Positions 33,020 through 46,940 of a stretch of DNA of 64,000 nt are shown piece by piece. The position numbers and the translations under genes are program-made. This DNA is from Macrostomum lignano (Eukaryota): contig NIVC01002193.1 of NCBI GenBank assembly GCA_002269645.1, positions 1 to 64,000 of the forward strand, given 5' to 3'. Positions within the stretch are counted from its first letter, which is position 1. Each line of letters opens with the position of its first letter. Below the pieces are notes generated by a model that was not told where the DNA came from, ran no database searches, and worked only from the letters and a program-made list of their open reading frames with translations.

Positions 33020-34773
33020 AGAGATGCCAGGATAAGCATTGATTTTTCTAGGATAATCATTGAGATGCCAGGATAAGCATTGAGATGCCAGGATAAGCAT
33101 TGATTTTGCTAGGATAATCATTGAGATGCCAGGATAAGCATTGAGATGCCAGGATAAGCATTGATTTTGCTAGGATAATCATTGAGATGCCAGGATAAGC
33201 ATTGAGATGCCAGGATAAGCATTGATTTTGCTAGGATAATCATTGAGATGCCAGGATAAGCATTGAAATGCCAGGATAAGCATTGAGATGCCAGGATAAG
33301 CATCAAGATGCCAGGATAAGCATTGAGATGCCAGGATAAGCATCGAGATGCCAGGATAAGCATTGATTTTGCTAGGATAATCATTGAGATGCCAGGATAA
33401 GCATTGAGATGCCAGGATAAGCATTGATTTTGCTAGGATAATCATTGAGATGCCAGGATAAGCATTGAGATGCCAGGATAAGCATCGAGATGCCAGGATA
33501 AGCATCAAGATGCCAGGATATGTAGGGAGATGCCAGGATAAGCATCAAGATGCCAGGATAAGCATTGAGATGCCAGGATAAGCATCGAGATGCCAGGATA
33601 TGTAGGGAGATGCCAGGATAAGCATCAAGATGCCAGGATAAGCATTGAGATGCCAGGATAAGCATCGAGATGCCAGGATATGTAGTGAGATGCCAGGATA
33701 AGCATTGAGATGCCAGGATAAGCATTGAGATGCCAGGATAAGCATTGAGATGCCAGGATAAGCATCAAGATGCCAGGATAAGCATTGAGATGCCAGGATA
33801 AGCATCGAGATGCCAGGATAAGCATTGATTTTGCTAGGATAATCATTGAGATGCCAGGATAAGCATTGAGATGCCAGGATAAGCATTGATTTTGCTAGGA
33901 TAATCATTGAGATGCCAGGATAAGCATTGAGATGCCAGGATATGTAGGGAGATGCCAGGATAAGCATTGAGATGCCAGGATAAGCATTGATTTTGCTAGG
34001 ATAAGCATCAAGATGCCAGGATAAGCATTGAGATGCCAGGATAAGCATCGAGATGCCAGGATATGTAGGGAGATGCCAGGATAAGCATTGAGATGCCAGG
34101 ATAAGCATCAAGATGCCAGGATATGTAGGGAGATGCCAGGATAAGCATCAAGATGCCAGGATAAGCATTGAGATGCCAGGATAAGCATTGATTTTGCTAG
34201 GATAATCATTGAGATGCAAGGATAAGCATTGAGATGCCAGGATAAGCATTGATTTTGCTAGGATAATCATTGAGATGAAAGGATAAGCATTGAGATGCCA
34301 GGATAAGCATCGAGATGCCTGGATATGTAGGGAGATGCCAGGATAAGCATCGAGATGCCAGGATATGTAGGGAGATGCCAGGATAAGCATCAAGATGCCA
34401 GGATATGTAGGGAGATGCCAGGATAAGCATCGAGATGCCAGGATATGTAGGGAGATGCCAGGATAAGCATCGAGATGCCAGGATATGTAGGGAGATGCCA
34501 GGATAAGCATCGAGATGCCAGGATATGTAGGGAGATGCCAGGATAAGCATCAAGATGCCAGGATAAGCATTGAGATGCCAGGATAAGCATTGATTTTGCT
34601 AGGATAATCATTGAGATGCAAGGATAAGCATTGAAATGCCAGGATAAGCATTGATTTTGCTAGGATAATCATTGAGATGCAAGGATAAGCATTGAGATGC
34701 CAGGATAAGCATCGATTTTGCTAGGATAAGCATTGAGATGCCATAATAAGAATCGATTTTGCTAGGATAAGCA
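33020..34773. repeat. 20-21 bp minisatellite (GAGATGCCAGGATAAGCATT plus two variant units) in GIGYF intron 3
   Basis: Tandem array; the minus-strand MLILASQ ORFs are artefacts. Confidence 0.96.
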
Positions 34774-34837
34774 TTCGTGGCAGGTTCGGCACCAAGACTA
34801 ACAAAGACTACCGCCATCCCCCCTTCCCCATTCGCAG

Positions 34838-35068
34838 CATTTATCCGCCTCTGGCGTTTCGGCCGCCGCCGCCTTCTCTACGGGAGCCGCCCTGGGCGCC
34901 AGCGGCGGAAAGACCGGAAGAGACGAGAGAAACAATTTCCAGCCGGTCGCCAGCAGCAAGAAAAAGAAGAAAGCAAAGAAGACCAAAGTGCACTCGGATA
35001 TGCTGGGCTTCACTAGCGCACCCAGTTCTAGCAGATCCAATATTGGCCAGATTGAAACAGCCGATTAG
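34838..35068 (+). CDS. GIGYF: GIGYF, exon 4 (terminal)
   Basis: cccttccccattcgcAG|cat; KKKKKAKKTKVHSDMLGF...SNIGQIETAD* resembles the GIGYF C-terminus (KKKKK..LLGF..NMGEIE). Confidence 0.88.
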   Translation, partial: HLSASGVSAAAAFSTGAALGASGGKTGRDERNNFQPVASSKKKKKAKKTKVHSDMLGFTSAPSSSRSNIGQIETAD

Positions 35069-38000
35069 GGACCGCGCCGCAACGGCTACTGTCATCTCCC
35101 CGCTATCAGTGTTGTTGGTCATTCGATTTGGCTGACTAAAAAATTACTTTTGTGTGCGTTCCGAGTTTTTGTGTGTTGCTAGCGGGGTCTCGATTTTGTG
35201 TTTTCTTCTATTAGTCTAAAATCTGTGCTCCCCCCAACTCCATCACCCACTGTACATCAAATGCCCTAGCTTTGAGAGGCCTGTCTTTGTGCTCTGTTTT
35301 AAAGCGTCTAGTGCAGGCGTATTTTAAATTTATTTGATTCCGTTAATCCGTTCTCTCGGCTATAATACTTCGTAATAATAATAATATGTAAAACCTGGCA
35401 TTTGATTTGGCTGAATGTTTGTCTGTCTATAGCGCTTGCTGGACAATACTGGCTTTTATTGTTATGGTCCAAGGACTTGTCTAAGCTAGCATGTTAATCT
35501 GAATGTTATGCTGAATTGCACCCGGAATGGATTGCTAAATCAGCGTTTTAATCGACTGTTGTTTGATTAATTAGGTGCCACTTCTAATATAGGATTATTG
35601 TGAAAGAAATCCTGTCCATTATTGCGTACTAATGCATATTTAAATCTATCTTTATTTTCTCTGGCGTTCTTTTTTGTATAATATATATATATTTATTTTG
35701 ATTTACCTTTTTCAGTCAATCTTTGGTTGACAGCATGCTAAATAACTTGATAAGAGCGTATAAATCACTAGGAATTGTAAAAAATGATTACCAGATCTAA
35801 ACTACTTATATCAGTAGGCACAATTGCAAAGTGTGCGCGTGTTTTAGCGACCAAGGTTTGACTTATCATTATCATTTCTGTTAATTCTGAGGCGGCGGTT
35901 CATCAAGTTGGCATCATCATAAAACTCTTTTGTGGTTTTTCTGCCCTAAACTCGTGTGTGCAAATTGGAGTAGGTCCACCAACTACTCATCCGCTAATTC
36001 CTTCCCTTAGTAATTGCTGTAAGAGGCCATTCTCATCCTGCTGTTATAACCTGTACTGCCGATTGCGTTTCTCTTGTTTCATTCTTTTGCGCTTACACCT
36101 TGCTGACACAGGTCCCGAAATGCGGCTGACTGTAGATAAAGGTATAACCTCTGATGATGCCTTGAGGCGGTTCCGGTTATCGGGTGTTGTGTGTTTTTCT
36201 TGTTTTGCTTTCGTGTTTCCTGACTGATGACACATAGAACAATAAATATACCATTTTAAAAAAAAAAACATATTCGGAAGATACGAGTGTGCGCTGCGAA
36301 TGCGAGACTACTGGAAATAAAATTGAGGACGTGCAGATCCTGCGTTTAATCATCGGTAAATTCACCTTGAGGAGAGAATTTCGCGTCCTATTTATCTGAT
36401 CTTATTTGGCATACTGTTTGTCGGTGTCGTGTTTAATTAACCGAAGGTGTCTGTCCTGTCTGGGAAGTTTAATATTCCTTCCCTGGGAGGGTTGCGTTCT
36501 ACTTTTAAAATCGTCTGAGAGGAAACAGGATTAACTGTAGGACTGCATAAAAGCGCAATTGATCATCAATCGCAGTTTTGACGTCTCCATTTCAATACGA
36601 CGGATAGCCAACAGAGCTTGGCGGCCTAGCGTCTCTCGGTCGAACTGCTCGCCATTGTATCGAGGCCAATTTTTCGTGATGACACGCGCTCTCACAAAAT
36701 AGATTTGACAGCTCGACCAGGTCCAGGGGCCGATAAATGGCAATCAGATGGCGACGGTAGACGGTGACCTGACATTTTTGTGGGAGAGAAGGCTGACTCA
36801 CTAGTTGATGAAGAACAGGAACAATGATGCGAAGAAACGATACAGAAAAGGATGTTGCCCCGCGCTGACGGCACCCAGCGTCTCTTAGCTTTCACTGAAC
36901 TCTTGGGATTCACGACGGGCTCAGGCAGCAGGACATTGTGTCGCACTGGTTGGAAGTGATTGAAGCTCGAGACCACTCACAAGATATAGTTGGTCCAGTT
37001 GGTTGCTGCCTAAGTGTTGTCCACCGTCTGGAGTACTCCACCTGAAAACGCTTCGAGTAAACAGCGCGTTCTTTCAGAACCTGAGCAAGCTGCTCTCTAC
37101 AAAGCGTGGCTTGTGTGGTTGCTACCCTAATCAGCGCATGTTTACTACGCACTGATGATATCTGTGAAAACTGTTTGCAAAGCCGTTCGTTGAAGCTGGC
37201 CTTAATGCGTGAGCGTAAAAAATGAGGCGAAAAAAGCGGAGGCCGAACGGAAGAGAGCGATTGCACGACAGCTGGAGGATGAGTTGCTGTCGTCAAAGAA
37301 AGTGCAGCGGCTTCACCCAGGAGAAAGACAAGATTGCGACATGGAACGTCGAAGGCCGAGCTTGAGAGGCAGTGCCACAGGTAGCAAATTGCGAGTGCTG
37401 CATGTATAAGGGTAGAATAATACCAAAAAGATGAAAGAGAGACAGAAAGGCACTGCAATATCAAAGGCGTCGGAGCGCTCCGGAGCGGATTGCGGAATTT
37501 CGGATGCTATATAATGCCATATTGCCTCTATATGAGTTCGCGAATCTATACGTGTCATGCGTCCTGGCCTCAACACCTGGCTGTTATTAACACATTACCA
37601 CTGTTCAGCTTGTACGAGAGTGCGATAATACAAAGTACAAACACAAATTGTTATCGGGAAGTGTGCCTTGAGTTATCATACTACAACTAATTGTTAGTAA
37701 GTAAGTAAGCACCTTTGAGACGGAAAATGACAGAGTACTTAACTATAAAGAAATTCCAGCCTCATGTTGGCTTCATCTGCAAGTCTTGCGCTCTAAACTT
37801 CATTAGCTGATGTTCTCAAGGGTCGGCTGTTTTTAGAAGCAGTTGTTTTTCTAATCTAATCTTCAGACGCTACAGCGTCACACGCGACTAATAAGCTAAT
37901 TCTTGGCCCAGATACTGTTATTGTATCTCAACTGACACCATACTCCAGGCTACGCTTGCTAAGAATAAACATCTGTTTTTTTGTCAAAGAAATCACATTC

Positions 38001-38940
38001 GAAAATACGAGTATTCATTTTGTCTTTTTTAGAACTCGAGGAGGAAAGCAATTAAATAACATTATTACCATTAGTTCTTCGCTCAGTTGTCATTGAGTTG
38101 CCTTTAGCTACATCAAATACTCTGCCGCCGCCCCCCCCCAGCTTCTGCGCTTCATCGCCCAATCTCCATCATTATTCGCACCGTCGTCCTCGCATGGGCT
38201 TCTATGCCGGCGCATTCTCTCGGGCATTAATTAGATGACAGATTTGCAAATGCGAATCAGAGCGCCTGACTCGGGAGAGTCTGATTCGAGCCCGCTCAAG
38301 CGGTGATGCGAGCTGTAGCGTCCTCACAGGAGCGAATCTGGTTCTTTTGCCTTTTTTCCGCTCATCGAATCCACAGGTAGAGGGAATGCACAGAGGAGAA
38401 TGCCGGCATACGAGTACAGCATTATAATTACTGTATTGTCGAATCGAACCTGCTACTGCTTCGGTATCCGCATCCGTAACGAGAGGAGCACGTTGAGCAC
38501 GTCTACCCGATAAAAAAGTGCGTGTGAGAGCTTACTCGGAAATACAATTTCCCCATGTAATCTGGAGAAGAACCAGAGAAGCTTAATGAGCTATGCAAAA
38601 GTTAAACCTTGTACACGGTCTGTGTTTTTTTATTATTTTGGAGTCTGAGTTGCCCATTTCTACTGAGCTGAACAGGGAGACGTCCTAAGCTTCGCCCGAG
38701 GGCCTCAGCTCAGAGCCCTTGGAGAGGTCACACAATAGCAGCAATATTTACAGATGGGCTGTGGGCACCATACAAGTGTCTTGTACACAACTCCCTTGAC
38801 CAATTCTTTGTGCACACAAGCGCCAATGTGTGTGAGCCGCATTTTGGCGCCGCAGGCACTATATTTTAGCGCCTTGAAGAAAAAGAATTCATTACCACAA
38901 CGGGTGGTCACAAGGTGGGGTGGGGGACAAAGCAATGGCA

Positions 38941-39006
38941 TGCCCCCCCCCTGTCCCAGTGTCCCCCCCCCTGTCCCAGTGTCCCCCCCCGGTGGCGACG
39001 CGCCTG
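38941..39006. mobile_element. Possible MITE/hAT-type terminus with a duplicated C-rich subterminal motif
   Basis: (ccccccccctgtcccagtgt)x2 followed by GGTGGCGACGCGCCTG; partner end and TSD not convincingly found. Confidence 0.3.
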
Positions 39007-39706
39007 TTAAATACTAAAAAGTCTACAGGTCCTGTTTTCCACGCAGTGAAGCGTGCAGGCATTGAACTCGAATAGGATGATAAAAACTGTGAAGTGGCCT
39101 CATTTTTGAGATATCTGCCTGAGTATACTCATCTGGATTCTCTTCCTATGTCTCTCCTTTTACCCGTCGGTCTCTGGGGACAGCGGATGAGTGACTGGAA
39201 TGACTGATGCAAAAGTGCTAATTTTGCTAATTATTGTCGTTAGCAGCTGCTGTATTACCGGACACAGTTGAAGGGAGGTTTGGGATTTTTTGGCAAGCCG
39301 AACTCCAAGGACAACTTGATAACTTGATCAAGTTGTCCTTGCCGAACTCATTGTTGCTAGCTAACGGCATTAACTGGGAAAGTTCTGGGCAAAGACTACT
39401 GAGGCGCCAATATTGCTATAAAAGCGGAAGCCAAATCCTAAATCCTCAGTCCCGTACTTCTCGACCATGGACAAAAGTCTGCAACTTAAATTGGACTAAA
39501 ATTTCGGTGACACATTCATATAAACAGCAGGCTACTTTCACAAATATATATATTGTGTTATATTGCCGAGTTAATTAATATTCAGTACAAAAGTTGCAGA
39601 CTTTTGTCAATGGTAGAAAGGTAGGAGCCCAAAAATGTTAGCTTGGTACTCTTTTGGTTTTAGGCATTTTGCAGTCCATGGGCATTGCATTGCTTTTAGT
39701 GTAATC

Positions 39707-39775
39707 CAGGGGTCGGCAAACCTCGGCCCGCGGGTCACATGGGGCCGGCTAAGCCTCTCTATCGGCCCTCGGGTC
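39707..39775 (+). mobile_element. Solo hAT/Charlie-like left end
   Basis: CAGGGGTCGGCAAACCTCGGCCCGCGGGTCACATGGGGCCGG resembles Charlie-type termini; no matching right end seen. Confidence 0.55.
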
Positions 39776-40378
39776 CTTTGAAACTTCACAATAGCAATCC
39801 GGCGCGCTCAAGGCTTGTGTCTCTTCTCTCAGCTCCCTTCTTTCTAATCTCCTCTCTCCTCTCCTCTTCTCTCCTCTCCTCCTCTCCTTTCTACTTTAGC
39901 AGCTTCAAGTTTCAATAGTTTCTGGCTTTTTTAAATTTCGAACTTCACAATTTCAACTTTCTACCTGTAAATTTCATTCAATAAGATCAGCCTTAGTGGC
40001 TTACACCGAACTTATCTAAAAATAAAGAGAGATGAAGATTTTGAAGCAACTCGATAACTAACCCGCCTCCTATCCATTAGGCGCATCTCGGGTCTCTTAT
40101 CTGACGTGGGGCTGGGGAGGGGGCTTCCGGGCCCGCAGTGGAGAGTCGAGATTGCCGCTGATGCAGCAGCAGACCTCAGAATCTCTCCCCCATCTTCACC
40201 TCCGCCTATTGCGCTCTCTTTCATCTTTTCCATCGCACTCGACAAAGGGCTGGGGAGGGGGGTGCCCAGCCGCTTCTCAAAGAAGGCCCGGATCTCAGGG
40301 TCAGGCCCGCCCTATCAGCTGCTCCCCATTTGCCTCATTCTTCTGTCCCGAACTGCCCCAGCCTCTTCCCCTACCCCC

Positions 40379-40482
<104 letters not shown>

Positions 40483-40498
40483 TGTAAATTGTCGGCAG

Positions 40499-40601
40499 GC
40501 GGTTCGCCGCGATTCCCTCGCAATTGGAAAGCGTTGGGACGCTGAGAACCGAGCAGACGGCGCGAGTAGCCAGCTTCAGTGCGAGAACTTCCTGACGAAA
40601 G
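40499..40601 (+). other. Candidate internal exon (probably 5' UTR of the C2-domain gene)
   Basis: Acceptor gtcggcAG after the (CT)n tract; strong donor aaag|GTGAGT. Confidence 0.4.
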
Positions 40602-40686
40602 GTGAGTTTAGGAGAGGATGGCGGATGCAATTCGTTATTGCTGAGCCCGGCTTCCCGGCGCTTGCCGACTATTTTGGCCGTCACTT

Positions 40687-41445
40687 GTTGGCTAGATTAG
40701 CAATCCATTATATTCCCTCATTGATGATGTAGGCTAGATTAGCAATCCATACTATTCCTTCATTGATGTAGGCTAAAATAGCATTCCATTATATTCCCTC
40801 ATTGATGTATGTAGCCTAGATTAGCAATCCATTGTATTCCCTCGTTGATGATGTTGGTTAGATTAGCAATCCATTATATTCCCTCATTGATGATGTAGGC
40901 TAGATTAGCAATCCATACTATTCCTTCATTGATGTAGGCTAAAATAGCATTCCATTATATTCCCTCATTGATGTATGTAGCCTAGATTAGCAATCCATTG
41001 TATTCCCTCGTTGATGATGTTGGTTAGATTAGCAATTGCCTCATTGATGATGTTGGCTAGATTAGCAATCCATTGTATTCCCTCATTGATGATGTTTGCT
41101 AGATTAGCAATCCATTATATTCCCTCATTGATGATGTTGGCTAGATTAGCAATCCATTATATTCCCTCATTGATGATGTTGGCTAGATAAGCAATCCATC
41201 CTATTACCTCTTTGATGATGTTGGCTAGATTAGCAATCCATCGTATTCCCTCATTGATGATGTTGGCTAGATTAGCAATCCATCCTATTACCTCATTGAT
41301 GTAGGCTAGATTAGCAATCCATCCTATTACCTCATTGATGTAGGCTAGATTAGCAATCCATCCTATTACCTCATTGATGTAGGCTAGATTAGCAATCCAT
41401 CCTATTACCTCATTGATGTAGGCTAGATTAGCAATCCATTCTATT
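40687..41445. repeat. 39-42 bp minisatellite (GGCTAGATTAGCAATCCATTATATTCCCTCATTGATGATGT), array 1
   Basis: Tandem array; same family as 48146-50152. Confidence 0.95.
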
Positions 41446-41947
41446 TGCTAATCCAGAATACGCAGTCAGCATTATTTACGCACAGCACAGTCCGAAATCT
41501 AATGGGTTTCCCGTGAAGTCAGTAAAAGCAAAAAAGCTGGATAATCAGTCCAGCTGCTTATTAATCCCAAAGCTTCGGCTCTCGATTTTCGCAGAGATTT
41601 TTTCCATTGCTCAAAGATGCACTCAGAAGCAGCAATTATTTGAAGCAGCCTCTCTGTAAGCCGCTCTTCTCCTAAAGAGACTCCATCAAAGGGAGCTTAG
41701 CGACTCCTCTTCGACTGCTCAGCTGGAAGCCTGCAAACCCAAACAAAGAACCCGGGGGCTCTTCACTCCACTGTCTCTGTGAAGCACCTGACTGTTTGTT
41801 GCGACTTGGCTGGGAGTCTCTCCGCTACCTGGCGGCAAGGCCTTGTGGATACTGCAGAATTCTAATTAACTTGCACAGGGTCAAATAGGCACTCACGGAG
41901 GCAATTGTGGTCATCGAGGTCAATGAACTCTCCAACTCGTGTTTAAG

Positions 41948-42437
<490 letters not shown>

Positions 42438-43356
42438 TGAGCAAACAAAAGATCAGCCAATATGTCCGCAGTATTGCTTCATTGTTATTGATAAAGTTTC
42501 TTCCAAGTAGCAAAGCAGAGTTCAAAACTTTGAGCTAAAACAGTTTGGAATGTCTTGAGATGAGATGAAAGTCTGGAAATGAGGCGAGCACCAGAAAATG
42601 TCTATTCGCGATACAGGAAACAATCACTGGGTCTCAACTGACAAGAGACGCGGCAAAACAGAACTCCAGGTCTGATTGGGAAAACTCCCCCCCCCCAGCC
42701 AGCTATCAAATCCAGTCAGTATTTTCTGCTCCGCGCCGGCTGTCCCACAATTCGTCAATCTTGTGCCGACATCCCAAATCCCAAATCTGGGACAGCCGCG
42801 GCGGCAGGGCACGCGATTTTGAAAATCAACCCTTGCCAAAATGCGCCCCCTTCCTGCTCTGCTGAGTTCAGCCGGGGCCTTGAAAACCGATACACCTGAG
42901 AGCGTTTCAAAATCAGGTGAGCTTCCAGGCGACTGGCTCGCCGAGTTCGTTCCGCCATCTTCAAAATCGATATGTTACGCTCATTATTCTTTACTGCTTT
43001 CCTTAATGCAATATTTCTGCAAAGCCGACCCAATTGTAAGTACTACTTACAGTAAGATTTTAGCCTTTTCTAACTCGCTTTGATTTACAATGTCATATTG
43101 TGTTAAGCAGAAAAGTATGACAGAATAGCTCTTATCTGCCTCAGGATGGCACAGATGGTCAAATGGGAGCTCATGCGATACCAGTCTTTGCATACTCACC
43201 ATCTCTTATCTCTCATTGAGTAGTTGTTATCTTTGCCTGGACCGGCGGGACAACCTGCTTGGAAAATAGATAACATCTATCTAATCGATATAAATGTATG
43301 AGTGTGAAGTATATATAGTGAGGGAGATGGAGAGCGGCAGAGTCGGAGAGGGAGGG

Positions 43357-43635
43357 TGAAGAGTGAGGGTGGGAGGGGGAGAGGGAGAGAGGGAGAGGGA
43401 GAGAGGGAGAGGGAGAGAGGGAGAGGGAGAGAGGGAGAGGGAGAGAGAGGGAGAGAGAGGTAGAGAGAGGGAGAGAGAGGAAGAGGGAGAGAGGGAGAGA
43501 GAGGTAGAGAGAGGGAGAGAGAGGGAGAGAGAGGTAGAGAGAGGGAGAGAGGGGGAGAGTGAGAGAGGGAGAGAGAGGTATAGAGAGTTAGAGAGAGGTA
43601 GAGAGAGGGAGAGAGGGGAGAGTGAGAGGAGAGTA
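43357..43635. repeat. GA-rich polypurine tract
   Basis: gagaggga-type repeats. Confidence 0.9.
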
Positions 43636-44114
43636 GCAGAGTTGCTCACGCACTAGAGGAGCGTTCATGCATGGATTGATCAGAAATTTATTATTTTCGC
43701 AAGTGTCCAAAGCGCTGTTAGAAATTGCAATGAAATGGCATGCGATTTCGATCCGGCAGGGGGATGGCAAAGCGATGGGAGAAGTCAGATCGGGTAACCG
43801 GGTGATAAAAAATTCCTGAATTCAATTCTCGCATTCTTTGCCAGAGTAATTCGACACACCTGCAACCGGATTAAAGATGAAGCAACAGTCTCCGCTTCCC
43901 CCCAGCCTCTGATTTTTAATCTCGGGAGACAATCCCGCCTTTTCCTTCTCTTTTTCTTTCCTCTGATCCTCAGACGAAATCTAGGGCTCGATTCCCAGCG
44001 GGTCTGTGAAGATGCCTCTTTGCCCGCCGCGATCCCTGCGCAATGATATGCTAGGCAAGCCCTGTCGCTCTCTGCTCAGCGCAGATCCCGCCAACCTCTG
44101 CTCTCCATCTGCAG

Positions 44115-44287
44115 TTGCAAAGCCTACAACCCTGGCAACGCTGATCAACTTCCCACCTTTGATTAAACATTTACCGGTCTCTATCTATCTATCTATCTAT
44201 CTGTCTATCTATCTATCTATCTATGTATCTTGCAAAGCCTACAACCCTGGCAACGCTGATCAACTTCCCACCTTTGATTAAACATTT
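44115..44287. repeat. 58-bp direct duplication flanking a 57-bp (TCTA)n-rich spacer
   Basis: 44115-44172 matches 44230-44287. Confidence 0.9.
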
Positions 44288-44941
44288 TGATTATATTCTA
44301 ATTACTCATTCTGTTTTGCTAATAAAAATCCTGTGTGACTTCGGGGCCTTTTTGCATTAATTACAAAGTAATTACAGCGGTACATGGGCTTCAAGGTGGC
44401 CTTCAGAAACATGCCGTGTCTACTAAATACAAAACTTATGTTAAAATTTTTTACTGTGCAAAAAAACGCTTCTAAAAAACCAATTAAGCAATAAAGCAAT
44501 GTATTCTACGAAACTTAAGTTTCCCATTACCCTACACGAATTCCGAATACCGGGTATTATCTGCTCACTCAGTTCTCAAGCCCCGTGCCAGATTAATTGT
44601 GGGGAACTTCTCAGTGGGATTGTAGTTTATCAGGGAGTCGAACCCGTGTAGAAATGCTATTGGAGACCGGTAATCCAGCAAGTTTTCAGCTGTCTTTCTT
44701 TATCTACTTGGTGAAATTTTCTTTTTATTCTCTAAGCGTTTCCGCTTTCTTATGAGCCAAAAGTTTTTTAACTTTTTCTAGACAAATCTGTTATTTAGTC
44801 TCACATGAAACAAATTTCCAAGTGCAGAGTTTTAAATGAGCTAGCTACACTTTATTGATTAGGGTTTTGAAAAACTGGATAGGTTCCATCTCTCTACTGT
44901 GCATTTTGTAGCAAAGACCCGCCCCCTGTGTAGTCTAGTAA

Positions 44942-45199
44942 GGGGGTTGTGGCCTAGTGATTAGAGCGTCGGTGAAGGTCGGGGGTTCGATTCTCGAGTT
45001 GCTCGGAACAATTTGTGTCTTTGAGCAAGACACTTAGCTCTGCATTGCTTCAGTAATTGAGGGTGTGTGTTGCGACGCCCCAGTCCTTGGACTGAACAGC
45101 CGTACGCAGCCTTCAGATGCGCCGCGCAATAGCTGCGGCTGAGCTGTCGGTTGTACATCTGGCCATTAGGGCAGGTGAAATCAGTTATTGTTATTATTG
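44942..45199 (+). mobile_element. CORE-type SINE, family 2, copy B
   Basis: tRNA-like head, partly deleted CORE, structured 3' end, (TTA)n-like tail. Confidence 0.85.
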
Positions 45200-45859
45200 T
45201 GCGATTCACAGACGTGAGGGCCAAGAGAGTGTACGTGCCTGACAATTGGAAAGTCAGGGCCGCTGGTCAACGGAATGAGCAGAACTGCAGTGAGGTGGCC
45301 ACCAATAAATTCCTTTTGCCATTGGAACTGCCCTCGAGACTGTAACAATCTTATTGGTGACCTGACCCCACTCCATGCATGTGACAGGCGGTTGACTCAG
45401 CCGGTTAATACTGAAATTTATTGCATCCATTTTACCAGCAAGCTAAACCTTCAGGTTTAAATCTGCTTACAGGCTGCTTATCTACTAGCATTCACTCCGG
45501 CCCAGCGTCATCTTTAATCCCAGCTAGACAGCTTCCTTAGGCAAAGCAGATAAGAGTTTTAAGCTCCTTGCTTCACATTCACGCAGGCCTCAGCCAGCCC
45601 AAATTCTTAACAGGCACTCGAAACTCGAACTGCTGGAGGGATCAAACTAATTAATCAGTCAGTTAACGTTCTCCTCTGACACCTGGCGAGTGTCTTCACA
45701 GATGGAAAATCTTATTAACTTCAAGTATTATTCAAAATCTGATTAAACTTTAAGGACATTTGGCAATGCTTTTGTATAAACCAATTGGTTCACCTCACTC
45801 TAATTCACTGACATTGGGGTAATCCTTGCCTCTGGGAGAGAGACACATGGAATCTTATA

Positions 45860-46940
45860 CAGATACGGGGAATCTTTTAGACATACGAGGAATCTTCTGG
45901 AGCTATCGGGAAATCTTTTAGAGTTACGGGGAATCTTCTAGAGACACGGGGAATCTTCTAGAGTTACGGGGAATCTTCTAGAGACACGGGGAATCTTCTA
46001 GAGACACGGGGAATCTTCTAGAGTTACGGGGAATCTTCTAGAGACACGGGGAATCTTCTAGAGTTACGGGGAATCTTCTAGAGACACGGGGAATCTTCTA
46101 GAGACACGGGGAATCTTCTAGAGACACGGGGAATCTTCTAGAGTTACGGGGAATCTTCTAGAGACACGGGGAATCTTCTAGAGTTACGGGGAATCTTCTA
46201 GAGACACGGGGAATCTTCTAGAGACACGGGGAATCTTCTAGAGTTACGGGGAATCTTCTAGAGACACGGGGAATCTTCTAGAGTTACGGGGAATCTTCTA
46301 GAGACACGGGGAATCTTCTAGAGACACGGGGAATCTTCTAGAGACACGGGGAATCTTCTAGAGTTACGGGGAATCTTCTAGAGACACGGGGAATCTTCTA
46401 GAGTTACGGGGAATCTTCTAGAGACACGGGGAATCTTCTAGAGACACGGGGAATCTTCTAGAGACACGGGGAATCTTCTAGAGACACGGGGAATCTTCTA
46501 GAGACACGGGGAATCTTCTAGAGTTACGGGGAATCTTCTAGAGACACGGGGAATCTTCTAGAGACACGGGGAATCTTCTAGAGACACGGGGAATCTTCTA
46601 GAGACACGGGGAATCTTCTAGAGACACGGGGAATCTTCTAGAGACACGGGGAATCTTCTAGAGATATGTGGAATCTTCTAGAAATACTGGGAATATTTTA
46701 GACAAACGGGGAATCTTTTAGACATACAGGGAATTTTTTAGACAAACGGGGAATCTTTCAGACATACGAGGGATCTTCTAGACATACGAGGGATCTTCTA
46801 GACATACGAGGGATCTTCTAGACATACGAGGGATCTTCTAGAGCTATCGGGAATCTTCTAGAAATACAGGGAATCTTCTAGAGACACGGGGAGTCTTTTA
46901 GAGATATGGAGAATCTTCTAGAGTTACGGGGAATCTTATA
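45860..46940. repeat. 20-bp minisatellite (GAGACACGGGGAATCTTCTA / GAGTTACGGGGAATCTTCTA)
   Basis: Homogeneous core 45921-46660 with two variants; degenerate edges. Confidence 0.97.

Noticed and set aside
37150-37185. Hammerhead ribozyme core (CTGATGA...GAAA)
   Set aside because: Only 7 nt separate the motifs with no stem II, and stems I and III are not evident.
40012-40245. Minus-strand ORF as an exon of another gene
   Set aside because: It has a possible GTTAGT donor, but no downstream exon or homology was found.
44560-44655. Third SINE family (minus-strand GGGTTCGACTCCC B-box)
   Set aside because: Single fragment with no A-box, tail, TSD or second copy in the window.
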